The notes below the pieces were generated by a model. The model was given only the letters and a program-made list of their open reading frames with translations, did not search any database and was not told the DNA's origin. From Squalus acanthias (lineage: Eukaryota): DNA of 64,000 nucleotides. The stretch is taken from NCBI GenBank assembly GCA_030390025.1, contig CM059431.1, positions 132,992,001-133,056,000 on the forward strand, written 5' to 3'. Both the position numbers and the translations under genes were made by a program. Positions 1 through 12,686 of the stretch are shown here, in pieces (the first letter of the stretch is position 1; every line of letters begins with the position of its first letter).

Positions 1-1455
1 TGTACACAGTACTCCAGGTGTGGTCTCACCAAGGCCCTATATAATTGGAGTAAGACTTCTTTACTCCTGTACTCAAATTCTCTTGTAATGAAGGCCAGCA
101 TACCATTTGCCTTCCTAATAGCGTGCTGCACCTGCACATTCACTTTCAGTGACTCATGTACAAGGACACCCAGGTTCCTTTGAACATCTGCATTCCCCAA
201 TCTTTCACCATTTAGGAAATACTCTGCCTTTCTGTTTTTTCTACCAAAGTGGATAACTTCACATTTATCCACATTATAATCCATCTGCCATGCTCTCGCT
301 CACTCACTGAGCCTATCGAGATCCCCTTGAAGCCTCTTCACATCCTCTTTGCAACTGACACTGCCACCTAGCTTTGTGTCATCAGCAAATTTGGAAATGT
401 TACTTTTAGTCCCCTCATCCAAATCATTGATATAGATTGTGAATAGCTGGGGCCCAAGCACCGATCCTTGCGGTACCCCACTAGTCATAGCCTGCCATCC
501 TGAAAAAGACCCATTTATCCCTACTCTTTGTTTTCTGTCTGTTAACCAATTCTCAATCCATGCTAGTATATTACCCCCAATTTCATGTGCCCTAATTTTG
601 TTCACCAACCTCTTGTGTGAGACCTTATTGAAGGCCTTCTGAAAATCCAAATACACCACATCTACTGGTTCCCCTTTTTCTACTCCACTAGTTACATCTT
701 CAAAGAACTCCAATAGGTTTGTCAAACAGGACTTCCCTTTCATAAATCCATGTTGACTCTGCCCAATCTTATTATTAGTTTCTAAGTGCCCAGTTATTGC
801 ATCCTTTATAATTGATTCCAGCATTTTCCCAACTACTGATGTGAGGCTAACAGGTCTGTAGTTCCCCATTTTCTCTCTCCCTCCTTTCTTAAATAGCGGG
901 GTTACATTTGCTATCCTCCAATCTGCAGGAATCGTTCCAGAATCTATAGAATTTTGGAAGATGACAACCAATGCATCCATTATCCCAATGGCCATCTCTT
1001 TCAAAACCCTAGGATGTAGGTCATCCGGTCCTTGAGATTTATCGACTTTTAGTCCCATTAATTTTGCTAGTACTGTTTTTTTACTATTAATAATTTCTTT
1101 AAGTTCCTCATTCTCACCACACCCTTGGTTTTCTCGTATTTCTGGGAGGTTTTTTGTGTCTTCCTCCGTGAAGACTGAAACAAAGTATTTATTTAATTTC
1201 TCAGCTATTTCCTCATTCCCCATTATAAATTCTCCCGTCTCTGACTGTAAAGGACCTACATTTACCTTTGCCAGTCTTTTCCTTTTCACATACCTATAGA
1301 AGCTTTTACAATCCGTTTTTATATTTTTCGCTAGTTTGTGCTCATATTCCATTTTCCCTTTCTTTATCAATTTCTTGGTCCCCCTTTGCTGATTTCTAAA
1401 AAATCCCAATCCTCAGGCTGACCGCTTTTTCTGGCAACTTTATAAGCTTCCTCTT
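1..1455 (-). mobile_element. CR1 LINE (HER1-like) ORF2 fragment, reverse transcriptase; runs off the window start
   Basis: ORF 300-1409 has RT motifs [35 protein letters not shown] and KFADDTK. Bases 1-300 continue in another frame (VRPHLEYCV). The upstream side abuts an opposite-strand LINE at 1456. Confidence 0.95.
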
Positions 1456-2955
1456 TTGACTTGTGCTCCAGAACTAGCTGCACATCTAGCCAAGCCGTTC
1501 CAGTACAGTTACAACACTGGCATCTATCCGACAATGTGGAAAACTTCCCAGGTATGTCCTGTCCACAAAAAGGACAAATCTAATCCGGCCAATTACCGCC
1601 CCATCAGTCTACTCTCAATCATCAGCAAAGTGATGGAAGGTGTCATTGATAGTGCTATCAAACGGCACTCAACAATAACCTACTCATTGATGCCCAGTTT
1701 GGGTTCCACCAGGACCACTCAGCTCCAGACCTCATTACAGCCTTGATCCAAACATGGACAAAAGAGCTGAATTCCAGAGGTGAGGTGAGAGTGACTGCCT
1801 CTGACATCAAGGCAGCATTTGACCGAGTGTGGCATCAAGGAGTCCTAGTAAAACTGAAGTCAATGGGAATCAGGGGGAAAACTTTCCACTGGCTGGAGTC
1901 ATACCTAGCACAAAGGAAGATGGTTGTGGTGGTTGGAGGTCAATCATCACAGCCCCCAGGTTATTGCTGCAGGAGTACCTCAGGGCAGTGTCCTAGGACA
2001 ACCATCTTCAGCTGCTTCATCAATGACCTTCCCTCCATCACAAGGTCAGATGTGGAGATGTTCGCTGATGACTGCACAGTGTTCAGTGCCATTTGCAACT
2101 CCACAGATAATGAAGCAGTCTATGCCCACATGCAACAAGACCTGGACGACATTCAGGCTTGGGCTGATAAGTGGCAAGTAGCATTCGTGCCACACAAGTG
2201 CCAGGCAATGACTATCTCCAACAAGCGAGAGTCTAACCACTGCCCCTTGACATTCAATGGCATTACAATAGCCAAATCCCCCACCATCAACATCCTGGGG
2301 GTCACCATTGACCAGAAACTTAACTGTACCAGCCACACAAATACTGTGGCAATAAGAGCAGGTCAGAGGCTGGGTATTCTGCGGCGAGTGTCTCACCTCC
2401 GGACTCCCCAAAGGCTTTCCACCATTTACAAGGCACAAGTAAGGAGTGTGATGGAATACTCTCCACTTGCCTGGATGAGTGCAGCTCCAACAACACTCAA
2501 GAAGCTCGACACCATCCAGGACAAAGCAGCCCGCTTGATTGGCACCCCATCCACCACCTTAAACATTCACTCCCTCCACCACCGGCGTACCGTGGCTGCA
2601 GTGTGTACCATCTACAAGATGCACTGCAGCAACTCGCCAAGGCTCCTTCGGCAGCACCTCCCAAACCCGCAACCTCTACCACCTGGAAGGACAAGGGCAG
2701 CAGGTGCATGGGAACACCACCACCTCCAAGTTACACATCATCCTGACTTGGAAGTATATCGCCGTTCCTTCATCGTCGCTGGGTTAAAATCCTGGAACTC
2801 CCTCCCTAACAGCACTGTGGGAGTGCCTTCACCACACGGACTGCAGCGGTTCAAGAAGGTGGCTCACCACCACCTTCTCAAGGGCAATTAGGAATGGGCA
2901 ATAAATGTTGGCCTTGCCAGCGACGCCCACATCCCATGAACGAATAAAGAAAAAA
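1456..2955 (+). mobile_element. 5'-truncated CR1-clade LINE of a second family (RT plus 3' end)
   Basis: Frameshifted ORFs 1456-1746 and 1743-2891 contain [29 protein letters not shown] and MFADD. Short 3' UTR ends gaataaagaaaaaa. The same tail recurs near 9470, 22400 and 49270. Confidence 0.92.
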
Positions 2956-3879
2956 GTGCAGCATGCTTTGGAGGAACAGATGACTTTGGACCTTTGGTTC
3001 CAAAGCTTTCCACCACTGGAGTTTTTCTTGCTATATATCTGGGTCTGTTGAAAAGTAATTGATGCAGATTGATTGCTGTGATTAGACAACAACCCCATTA
3101 TCATTGTCTCATATAATTACCAGGCTGCTAGATGGTGAGCTACATGGATCTTGGTCTTTATCTGCCTAGTAATTCCTATGTTCCTATGAAGATTTTTTTC
3201 CATTTGGTTGTTCTAGTAAAGTTACAAGTACATTCTTTCAGAACATGTTTACAGTTTCACTGGGAAACTGAACAGTGGATATCTTCACTTACCATGCCAT
3301 TACACACAGCAGCCTGGGTAATTCATACCCCTATATGCATCTATAAGGACCACTTATTTTACATGTGACAATTTAAATCAAACTTTCTGTTTCTATTTAG
3401 GGGTAAGGAGAGTTACACTGGTTCCTGTTCTGCTGGGGAAATGATGTTCTGTCTGTTATGGCCAGAAGGCTATTGTGAATAATGGAGATCCGATGAATAA
3501 TAAGTATTCTGGAGGTTTGCATGCTTACCTTAAAGGATCAGAGAGTAATTGCACAAAACTTTCTCTCAGAAAATTAATTAGATAGGGGAGTATCCCTGAC
3601 AGGAGCGACTGCGTGTGGTCTATGGATGGAGTTAGACTGGTGGGCCAAGTGGTCTTTTCTTGTTTTTCATATGAGCTTCAAAATCTGAACTTTAAATGTA
3701 TCTGAATCTCCTCCTACTTTAAGGTTACCTCCACCTATGTATACTTCAGATTGAGTTACAAATTCATCTTCTGATTGTTAATTTTTCTTTGCCTGACTGA
3801 GTAAAGTACTGCTGTCGGAAATAATGTAGCTCTGGTGGCACCACGTTTTGTCAGACTAATGTTCAGCCTTGGTACCATC

Positions 3880-4410
3880 AAGTGGGGCTCAGTGAGGTTC
3901 AAGCCCTGATCTGCTCAGTACATGGCCTGAGCTGTATCGAGCTTGGAGGTGCCAAGCAGAGACTGTGGAATCCCCAAGCAGGAGAGAGAAAATCAGAGAA
4001 GAGAGTCCTGCACATGCAGTTCCTGGTGGCTCTACAGAGGCCAGCTGTCGTAACTGACTGCAGGGCACATTGGTGGCAGCCTGGAAGTCAGCTGCACATC
4101 TGCCCTCTTGATTGCAGAGATGTCAGACCAGACAGATAAGTGACAAGGGAATATTGCCCCATGCTCTCATGCCATGTCTGTGCTGAGTTAGCCAGTTTCA
4201 GCAGGGTCTACAAATAGCCTTAGTGCTACTCAGCTAGGGAAGAGAAGAGTAGCCAAGGTTCCTGCTCCTGACTGCTGTCCATTTAACCCGTTCTGGAAAA
4301 TCATGTGTGAACATTAGGTATGGATAGGACATAACCCTGTCGGGTCGAACGGCCTGTTTCTGTGCCGTAGATTGTATGTAGGGACCAAGCTCATCTGTGA
4401 TGCTTCCCAT
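3880..4410 (+). repeat. Old SINE-like repeat copies (family also at 61430-61760 and 62960-63340)
   Basis: Shared degenerate blocks among the loci, e.g. tctgtgctgagttagc, agccaaggttcctgctcctga and ctgtgatgc. Family not identified. Confidence 0.5.
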
Positions 4411-5678
4411 TGTAGAAACTCGGTGACATTTTCCGAGACCCCGCATCACCTTATTGGAAAATCGTGGTTGCACTGCCCATGATTTTTTGGCTGTTGATTT
4501 CAATGGGCAGAAAATTGTGAGCAGTGTATTTGATCTGCGCTTCCTTTGTGACTTTACCCTTGTATCTGAGCATCTTCAGGAGAAGAGGAGAAAATTGGAA
4601 CTAAGTAAATAACCCCCATGGAGAAAGACATAAAGTGAAATGGCTCTTCTGGATTTGGGGATACCATAGTGATGCAACCCGTTGCTCTTTGTAAGAGACA
4701 TTTTTCAGGGGTGAAATAATGGTGCACCTCATTGGAGCTCTGAGAGGGTATGCAACTGAACAGAAAGAAGTGGGTTCATGCTCACGATTGCTCATATGTT
4801 CCTTTCCTGATCTCAATGGAGCTTTTGTGAGGAGACAGCGAGCAGAAGCCAAGGCTGCCACACAGAATGGAAAGGAGAGTCTTCAGGTCATCATTCTGTT
4901 ACACAAGAGACTACTCATGTAGAATTCCCCTGGCCTTTATTGTTTTTTAAATAATAAAGTACTTTATATAATCATTCTTCAGCAATAAGAAAATAATTAA
5001 ACTATAATGATTGAAAATAAATGCCATTGTTCTTGCATTTTCTCTTCCAAAACAAGAAGTGAAACAAAGTACTTCCTGGAGACAATACTGAAGAAAAATG
5101 CAGAATGGATACAAAACATGACTCAATGATTTCCTGAAATTTAAACCACAAAGCAACTTCAAGTGCATAACTCAAAAGCCTGAAGGCTGAGTGAGTCACA
5201 GAGGTCTGACTCACTTGTGGTTTACTTTTCCGTAAACCACCTACTCCCATCATTTATGCCACAAGTTGATTGATTTATGGACATACTTAAGTTTTATATT
5301 TTAAAGAGTCAGGCAACACAATGTTATGGTGATTTAACATCATGGAGCACTGTGATGTAATGTTCTGTGGTATTGTGATCTGTTGTGTAGCAGTTGCTGA
5401 ATTCAGTACAGAGGCCTGCTTATTGTGGAGAGGTAATAAATAGAGGATAAAACTATTTCAACTTTATTCCTTTATAAATTATAACAAAAATGTCTTCAAT
5501 AAATGGTTACTGTGGCACAGGCTAAATAATTCTTGGGTGAGGAATGACAATTTAAAAAGCTTGTTTCATTGACTATGTCTGCATGGATTATAGTGTTACA
5601 TCATGCAATTTTGGGAGTAAGGAAAATGCTGATATTGAATAATCCACTGCAAATAAAGCATTGATATTGATATTTCTT

Positions 5679-6659
5679 GGCCATGAATTTCCTCTACTAG
5701 TGCATCTTTATTCACAAATCCAGGTGTCAAACAGGATAAGTGTAAAGAGTCAACTAGTATTGGGTTAAATTGCATGTAAGCTGAATTTAAAGGGGTGGGG
5801 AGAATTAAAGGGGAGTGTCACAATAGAGGAAGAAAATTCTGTAAGCCTTCAGAAAGGCTCAAAATGCATTTCAACCCATTAGATTCTTGGCCCAGACTGA
5901 AAGAGGTGGGGATTAAGAAGCAACAGCCAAAACTGAGGGAAAGGTACAAGGCCACAGCTGACTGGTTCTGTCACTGGCTGTGCAAGCCCTCTGGTGCACG
6001 TTAGCAGCAGATGTCTTTACAGCAGATGGCACAGGTCTTCACTTGACCCAGACCCTATGAAGACACTTTATCACAGCCATTGCCAGGTAGGTACAACAAT
6101 GCTTGCAAATGTGGTTGGTGGGACCTTGGTGGTTTTGGCCAATCAAGTTTTGCAGGTTGATGGTCACCTTGGTGTGCCTTCTTTCATGCAGTACCACGTA
6201 AAGCATGACATGCTGTGATTGGGGTGCTTCTGAAGAAATATCCAGCATTACGGGTAGTTAGGACTTCATATGTATCTGTGTCAGCAGGCCTACAATCATA
6301 ACTTACCTTGAGAGTTGGAATCTCTACAGTCACTAGTAGGAATAGTCTGTCAAAGCGAGGACACGTCACCTCTGTCTGCAGATGTGGATACTGGCAGGCA
6401 GGCACAGAGCACCTGTCCTGCATTCCCATCAGCTTGGTATTCCTTTGGTGGTCCTCTACTTCCCACCACCTCAGAAAAGGGGATTCTCATTGGAAAATTA
6501 TTGTTGTAAAGTAATGGTGCTGCAGACAAAAAAAATTAAAACAATTGGTGTAAAAGCTCATGAGAATCCAAGTACCAGGAGAAGAAGAACAAAAATAAAG
6601 CTTTAAAAAAGCAAGCCAGAAATTACCTGAAAATTACAAGAAGAAATTAATTTTGGCCC
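5679..6659 (-). mobile_element. Possible very old Harbinger-derived element
   Basis: Degenerate TIR-like ends ggccatgaattt and taattttggccc. ORF 6039-6248 is weakly reminiscent of the Myb/SANT exon of the other copies (LYVVLHERR). Confidence 0.3.
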
Positions 6660-7564
6660 TTTAAATGTATTTACCTGTGCTAGTCAGTGCCTAGCAACCC
6701 TGGTGCTTAGTTACAATAGGCGTTAATGTCAGTTGCTAGAGACATGGCATTAAAAGATGACAAAAGTGCCAGAACTGTGCTCTTGCATCATTGTTTCAAG
6801 CGGGATCTTTCTCCAGCCACCTTCACCTGCTGGACACCAGGTCAGGTACAAATGAGTAGGAGAACTGACATCATGGGCCTCCATGCTGTTTTCCCTCATA
6901 CTAACACCCTGAAACCTGGTGAGCATGGCCCATTGGGATGAGTAAAATTATTCACATGAGTGTTAGAACAACTACAACTATAAGCAGGTGAGCTATGGGC
7001 CACTTGTTTTGCACCAGCAGCAGTTTGATTCAATTGAACAGAAACAAGCGCTGAGTATAATTTAAAGGTTAAGTTGACCTCTAACACGTTAAACAAGTTT
7101 AAAAATACACACTCACAAATGAAAACTAATCAGAAGAGCTTTTGCTTGAATTTAATGAAATGATTTTGTTTGTTTTCAAAGCCAAAATGTATTTTAAAGT
7201 GCAGCCAAAGTTTCCGGGTTTCAGGTCATTAACTTCTTTTATAATTGTTGACATTAAAGATTTGGGAGCACCTGGAACAACCCGCAAAGTCAATGCTTCT
7301 GGGAGTGGCTGGCATTTGTGGAGCAATGTGAACAATGCCATTCTGTGTGGAATGGGGTGGAGGTGGCACAGGTCTGTGAACAACCATACACAAGCCTACA
7401 TGGAGTGGAGCTTGTCAACCTCTGATCACCAATCGTCAATCACTGATGGAGAAGAGCTGACTGGGACAGTCAATCTGTAAAAAGAGGATGAAAGGATGCC
7501 ACTTTACATTCAAATTTTTTTTAACAACAAAAATTGATAAATAATGCGGACTTTGCATAAATGG

Positions 7565-8380
7565 CATAAGAACATAAGAAATAGGAGCGGGAGTAGGCCA
7601 TTTGGCACTTCGAGCCTGCTCCACCATTCAATAAGATCATGGCTGATCTTCTACCTCATCTCCACTTTCCTGAACTATCCTCATATCCTTTGATTCCCTT
7701 AATATTCAAAAATCTAGCGATCTCTGTCTTGAATATACTCAACGACTGAGCCTCCACAGCCCCCTGGGGTAGAGAATTCCAAAGATTCACCACCCTCTGT
7801 GTGAAGAAATGTCTCCTCATCTCAGTCCTGAATGTCTGACCCCTTATTCTGAGACTGTGACCCCTGGTTCTAGACTCCCCAGCCAGGGGAAACAGCCTCC
7901 CTGCATCTACCCTGTCAAGCCCTGTAAGAATTTTGTATGTTTCAATGAGATCACCTCTCATTCTTCTAAACTCTAGAGAATACAGGCCTAGTCTACTCAA
8001 TCTGTCCTCATAGGACAATCCCCCATCCCAGAAACCAGTCTGGTGAACCTTTGTTGCACTCCCTCTATGGCAAGTATATCTTTCCTTAGGTAAGGAGACC
8101 AAAACTGTACACAATACTCCAGGTGTGGTCTCACCAGGGCCCTGTATAATTGCAGTAAGACGTCTTTACTGTTATACTCAAATCCACTTGTAATAAAGGC
8201 CAACATAACATTTGCTTTCCTAATTGCTTGCTGTACCTGCATGTTAACTTTCAGTGATTCGTGTACAAGGACACCCATGTCCCTCTGAACACCAACATTT
8301 CCCAATCTCTCACCATTTAAAAAATACTCTGCTTTTCTATTTTTCCTACCAAAGTGGATAACTTCACATTTCTCCACATT
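7565..8380 (-). mobile_element. CR1 (HER1-like) 3' end
   Basis: ORFs with KCEVIHFG, LVRPHLEYCVQFWSP, LYSLEFRRMRGDLIETYK and FFTQRVVNLWNSLP. Tail reads (acataaga)n aataggagc..gagtaggcc on the + strand. Confidence 0.95.
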
Positions 8381-8469
8381 GATGCTGTGAAGATGTGAGA
8401 TAACGTTGTAAGTAGTTTCAACTTAGTCTTCTTCTACCCCTGGACGGTCACCTATAACCTAAGATTCAA

Positions 8470-9292
8470 TTCTTGGTCTCCTCCTTGCCCTCGTTTACAT
8501 TCTGCCCTTTGGAGACATATCTGCACACATGGGCTCAGTTCCACCACCCTTCATTCATGACCACCAAAATTCCATACCTTTGCTTCTTCCCCAGTCTTTC
8601 ACTCAGGTTGTATCAGATGGTGCAGAACCTCATTATCCTGTTCAACCCTGAGCTGAGCTGTGCTTCAAACCTCATATCCTATTCAACACTAATACTTTCA
8701 CTTCTGCAACATTGCCCACCCGCACCCTACCTCAGCCTTTCTGCACCTGAAACTTTATCCATGCTTTCATTACTTCAAGACTCAACTTCTCAAATACTCT
8801 CCTTGCCAACCTCTCTAGCTCCTCCATACACCAACTGCAATTTGTTCAAAACTCTACCACCTGCACCTTGCCCCACACAAAGTCCCACTCACCCATCACC
8901 ACTGTCCTCACTGACCTTCACTGTCCCCAATGCAACAGGTTCAAAATCCTTGTCCTAAATTACAAATCCCTTCATGACCTTGTCCCACCCTACTTCTGCA
9001 ACCTCCTCCAGCCCATGCCCTGCGGTTCTCCAAATCTGGGCCCCTGCGTCTCTCCCTCTCATTGTTTCTCAGCTGGTGGGAGAGCTTGCAACTGTTTAGG
9101 TCCTATCTTCTGGAACTCCCACCCTAAACCTTTTTGCCTTGCCACATTCCTCTTTGCCTTTAAAAATCTTCTCAACACCTTTGTTTTCAACCATATTTTT
9201 TTCTATTAATACTGAGGAGATAGTGAACTATGTGAAGCGCCTTGGGAAGTTTATTACATTAAAGACACTGTAGAAATGCACGTTGTTGTTGT
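8470..9292 (+). mobile_element. Degraded L2 LINE 3' portion
   Basis: Peptide remnants HSPITTVLTDLH, RFKILVLNYKSLH and GGRA..WNS. L2-type tail gtgaagcgccttggg...aaatgca.gttgttgttg. Confidence 0.8.
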
Positions 9293-9464
9293 AGTCAATA
9301 CCAGCTAGCTCCAAAAATATGCAATCTATACTGCACTTATAGTATCAAAGTGGTAAGATTCTCTGTGTGGCAGCATTACCAAAGGTCCAGTATGTAGACA
9401 GCATAAACTTTATTATTTAGAATTTTCTGACAACATGAAAATTGATGTGACAATGCCACTATAT

Positions 9465-9650
9465 CCTCTTTTTATTATTATTCATTTTTGGGATGTGGGC
9501 GTCGTTGGCAAGGCCGGCATTTATTGCACATCCCTAGTTGTCCCGAAGAGGTGCTGGACTGTCTCCTTGAACTGCTGCATTAGTGGTTTGATACAACTGA
9601 ATGGCTTGTTAGGCCACTTCAGAGGGCAGTTAAGAGTCAACCACTTTGGT
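9465..9650 (-). repeat. 3' tail fragment of the second CR1 family
   Basis: Reverse complement matches the 2890-2950 tail (gggatgtgggcgtcgttggcaaggcc..atttattgc). Confidence 0.7.
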
Positions 9651-9784
9651 TGATTGTGTCATCACCCTACTGTTCTGTAATACGTGTTACTGTGAAGTCA
9701 ATGAGCCAGTGCCCCTTTACTTCATACTTGCAGATTTTTGTACAATAGCTTTGTTGCAAAAAGATCTTTTTCTTAATTATTAGA

Positions 9785-10680
9785 ATAATAACAACTTGTA
9801 TTTATATAGTGCCTTTAATGTAGTAAAATGTCCCAAGGTGCTTCACAGGAGCGTTATCAAACAAAATTTGACACCGAGTCACATAAGGAGATATTAGCGC
9901 AGATGACGAGGTAGGTTTTAAGTAGCATCTTAAAGGAAGAAAGAGAGGTGGAGAGGCGGAGAGGTTTGGGAGGGAATTGCGGAGCTTAGGGCCTCGGCAG
10001 CTGAAGGCACGGCCGCCAATGGTGGAGTAAATAAAATCGGGAATGTTCAAGGGGCCAGAATTGGAGGAGTGCAGATACCTCAGACTGGCGAGTTGTAGGG
10101 ATGGAGGAGGTTACAGAGATAGGGGGGGGCGAGGCCATGGAGGGATTTGAAAACAAGGTTGAGAATTTTAAAATCAAGGAATTGCTTAAAAGGGAGCCAA
10201 AGTAGGTCAGTGAATACAGAGGTGATGGGTGAATGGGGCTTGGTGCGAGTTAGGATACGGACAGCAGAGTTTTGGATGAGCTTAAGTTTATGGAGGGTGG
10301 AAGTTGGGAAGTCGGACAGGAGTGCATTGGAATAGTCAAGTCTAGAGGTAACAAAGGCATGGATGAGGGTTTCAGCAGCAGATGAGCTGAGGTGGGGCGG
10401 AGTCGGGTGATATTACGGAGGTGGAAATAGGCAGTCTTAGTGATGGTGTGCATATGTGGTCGGAAACTCTTCTCGGGGTAAAGTACGACACCAAGGTTGC
10501 GAACAGTCTGGTTCAGCCTCAGACAGCTGCCAGGGAGAGGGATGGAGTCGGTGGCTAGGTAGTTTGTGGTGGGGACCGAAGACAGTGGCTTTGGTCTTCC
10601 CAATATTTAATTGGATAAAAGTTCTGCCCATCCAGTACTGGATGTCAGACAAGCAGTCTGACAATTTAGAGACAGTGCAA
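9785..10680 (-). mobile_element. L2 LINE 3' portion
   Basis: Peptides LSDCLSDIQYWM, LNIGKTKA, VRNLGV, ITKTAYFHLRNI and STIGGRAFS. L2-type 3' tail at 9790-9850. Confidence 0.9.
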
Positions 10681-10699
10681 AAAAAATACAATATAATAT

Positions 10700-10940
10700 A
10701 ATAAAAGAAAGTCTTGCACTTATATAGCACTTTATAATATCTCTCAGAAATATCTGAAAGTATTTCATATACAATGAATAACTTGGAAGTTCAGTGACTG
10801 TTGTTAAGTAGGCAAATGCAGCAGCCATCTTGCACAAAACAAGTTCACACAAGCAGCAAGGAGATGAATGACCAGTTAATGTTTTTTGCATGGTGTTGGT
10901 TGAGGGGAGAATATTGGCTGGGGCACCAGGCAACTCACGC
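10700..10940 (-). repeat. DeuSINE 3' portion (L2-type tail)
   Basis: Similar to the 3' half of the SINE at 25937-26405 (aagaaag.cttgca.ttatatagc, gcagcca..ttgc.ca, gttggttgaggg). Confidence 0.7.
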
Positions 10941-11050
10941 TTCTCCTTTTATAATATCTATCTGAACAGGCCTTGTTTTAATCTCTAATAACAACAGAAA
11001 AAGCTGGAAATACTCAGCAGGTCAGGCAGCATCTGTAGAGAGAGAAACAA

Positions 11051-11088
11051 AGTTAACATTTCAGGTCGATAACCTTTCATCAGAACTG
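11051..11088 (-). ncRNA. Minimal type I hammerhead ribozyme motif in the Penelope terminal repeat
   Basis: Minus strand reads AGUU-CUGAUGA-A-AGGU(uaucg)ACCU-GAAA-UGUU-AACU. Core, stem II and stem I are present; stem III has AUGU where a palindromic ACGU would be expected. Confidence 0.75.
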
Positions 11089-12686
11089 GATAAAGTTAGA
11101 GATGTAACAGCTTTTCAGCAAATACAAATGCAGGGAAAGGGGGAGGGGAGGAAAGAATAATAGGGAAGTTCAGAGATAGGATGGAAGGCAGGAGAGATTA
11201 AATGACAAAAGGGATGATTGTTGAAGGGGATAGTAATGGGACAAGTAAAGAAACAAAAGATGGGTCTAGAAGAGGTGCAAATGGGAATGGCAGAATCATT
11301 ACCAACATCTGCAGTCTGAAAAAATGGGAATGGTGGTTATGATCTGAAATTGTTGAACTCAATATTGAGTCCGGAAAGCTGTAAAGTGCTTACTCGAAAG
11401 ATGAGGTGCTGTTCCTCGAGCTTCTGTTGATCTTCATTACAACAGTGTAGGAGGCCAAGGACAGAGAGGCCAGAGTGAGAGTGGGGTGGAGAATTGAAAA
11501 GACAGGCGACCTGAAGCTCAGGGTCATGCTTGCGGACTGAACGGGGGTGTTCCGCAAAGCGATCACCCAATCTGCATTTGTTCTCCCCAGTGTAGAGGAG
11601 ACCACATCGTGATCATTGAATACAGTATACTAAACTGAAAGAAGTAGAAGTAAATCGCTGTTTCACCTGGAAGGAGTGTTTGGGGCCCTGGATGGTGGGA
11701 AGTGAGGAGGCAAAAGAGCAGGTGTTGCATCTCTTACGCTTGCATGGGAAGGTGGCGTGGGAAGGGGAGTGAGTGTTGGGGGTGATAGAGGAGTGGTCCA
11801 GGGTGTCGCGGAGGGAACTGTCCCATCCGAATGCTGAGAGGGGAGGGGAAGATGTGTTTGGTGGTGGCATCGCGCTGGAGGTGGCAGAAATAGTGGAGGA
11901 TGATCCATTGAATGTGGAGGCTGGTGGAGTGGGAGGTGAGGACAAGGGGAACCCTGCCATGCTTCTGGGAGGGAGGGGAAGGGGTGAGAACAGAAGTGCG
12001 GGAAATGGGACGGACATGGTCGAGGGCCATGTCAACCGCGGTGCAGGAGAATCCTCAGTTGAGGAAAAAGGAAGACATATCTGATTTATTGGTCTGGAAG
12101 GTGACATCATCAGAACAATACGACGGAAACGGTGGTGAGGGAGGGGACCTGAGTAGGAGTGGAACAAAGAATATTCCTCATATCCCATGAAAAGACAGGC
12201 ATAGCTAGGTCCCATATGGGTTTCCATAGCAACACCTTTTATTTGAAGGAAGTGAGTGGAGTTAACAAGTTGTTCAATGTAAGAACAAGTTCAGCCAGGC
12301 AGAGGAGGGTGGTGATGGATGGGGACTGGTTAGGCCTCCGTTCAAGGAAGAAGCCCTCAGGCCATCCTGGTGGTGGATGGAGGTGCAGAGGAATTGGACG
12401 TCCATAGTAAAAAGGAGACGGTTAGGGCCAGGAAACTGTAAACTGTAGGGTGTCAGAAGAGTCGCAGATGTAGGTGGGAAGAGACTGGACTAGGGGAGAA
12501 AAAATAGAGCCAAGTTAGGAAGAAATCAGTTCTATGGGGCTGAAACGATGGGTCTACCAGGCCAGTCCAGTTTGTGAATCTTGGGAAGGAGGTAGAAGCG
12601 GGCTGTGTGGGGGTGGGGAACTATGAGATTGGAGGTCGTGAAGGGATCAGTGACAATCTTGGAAACGATGGCTTGATGTTCGTTGA

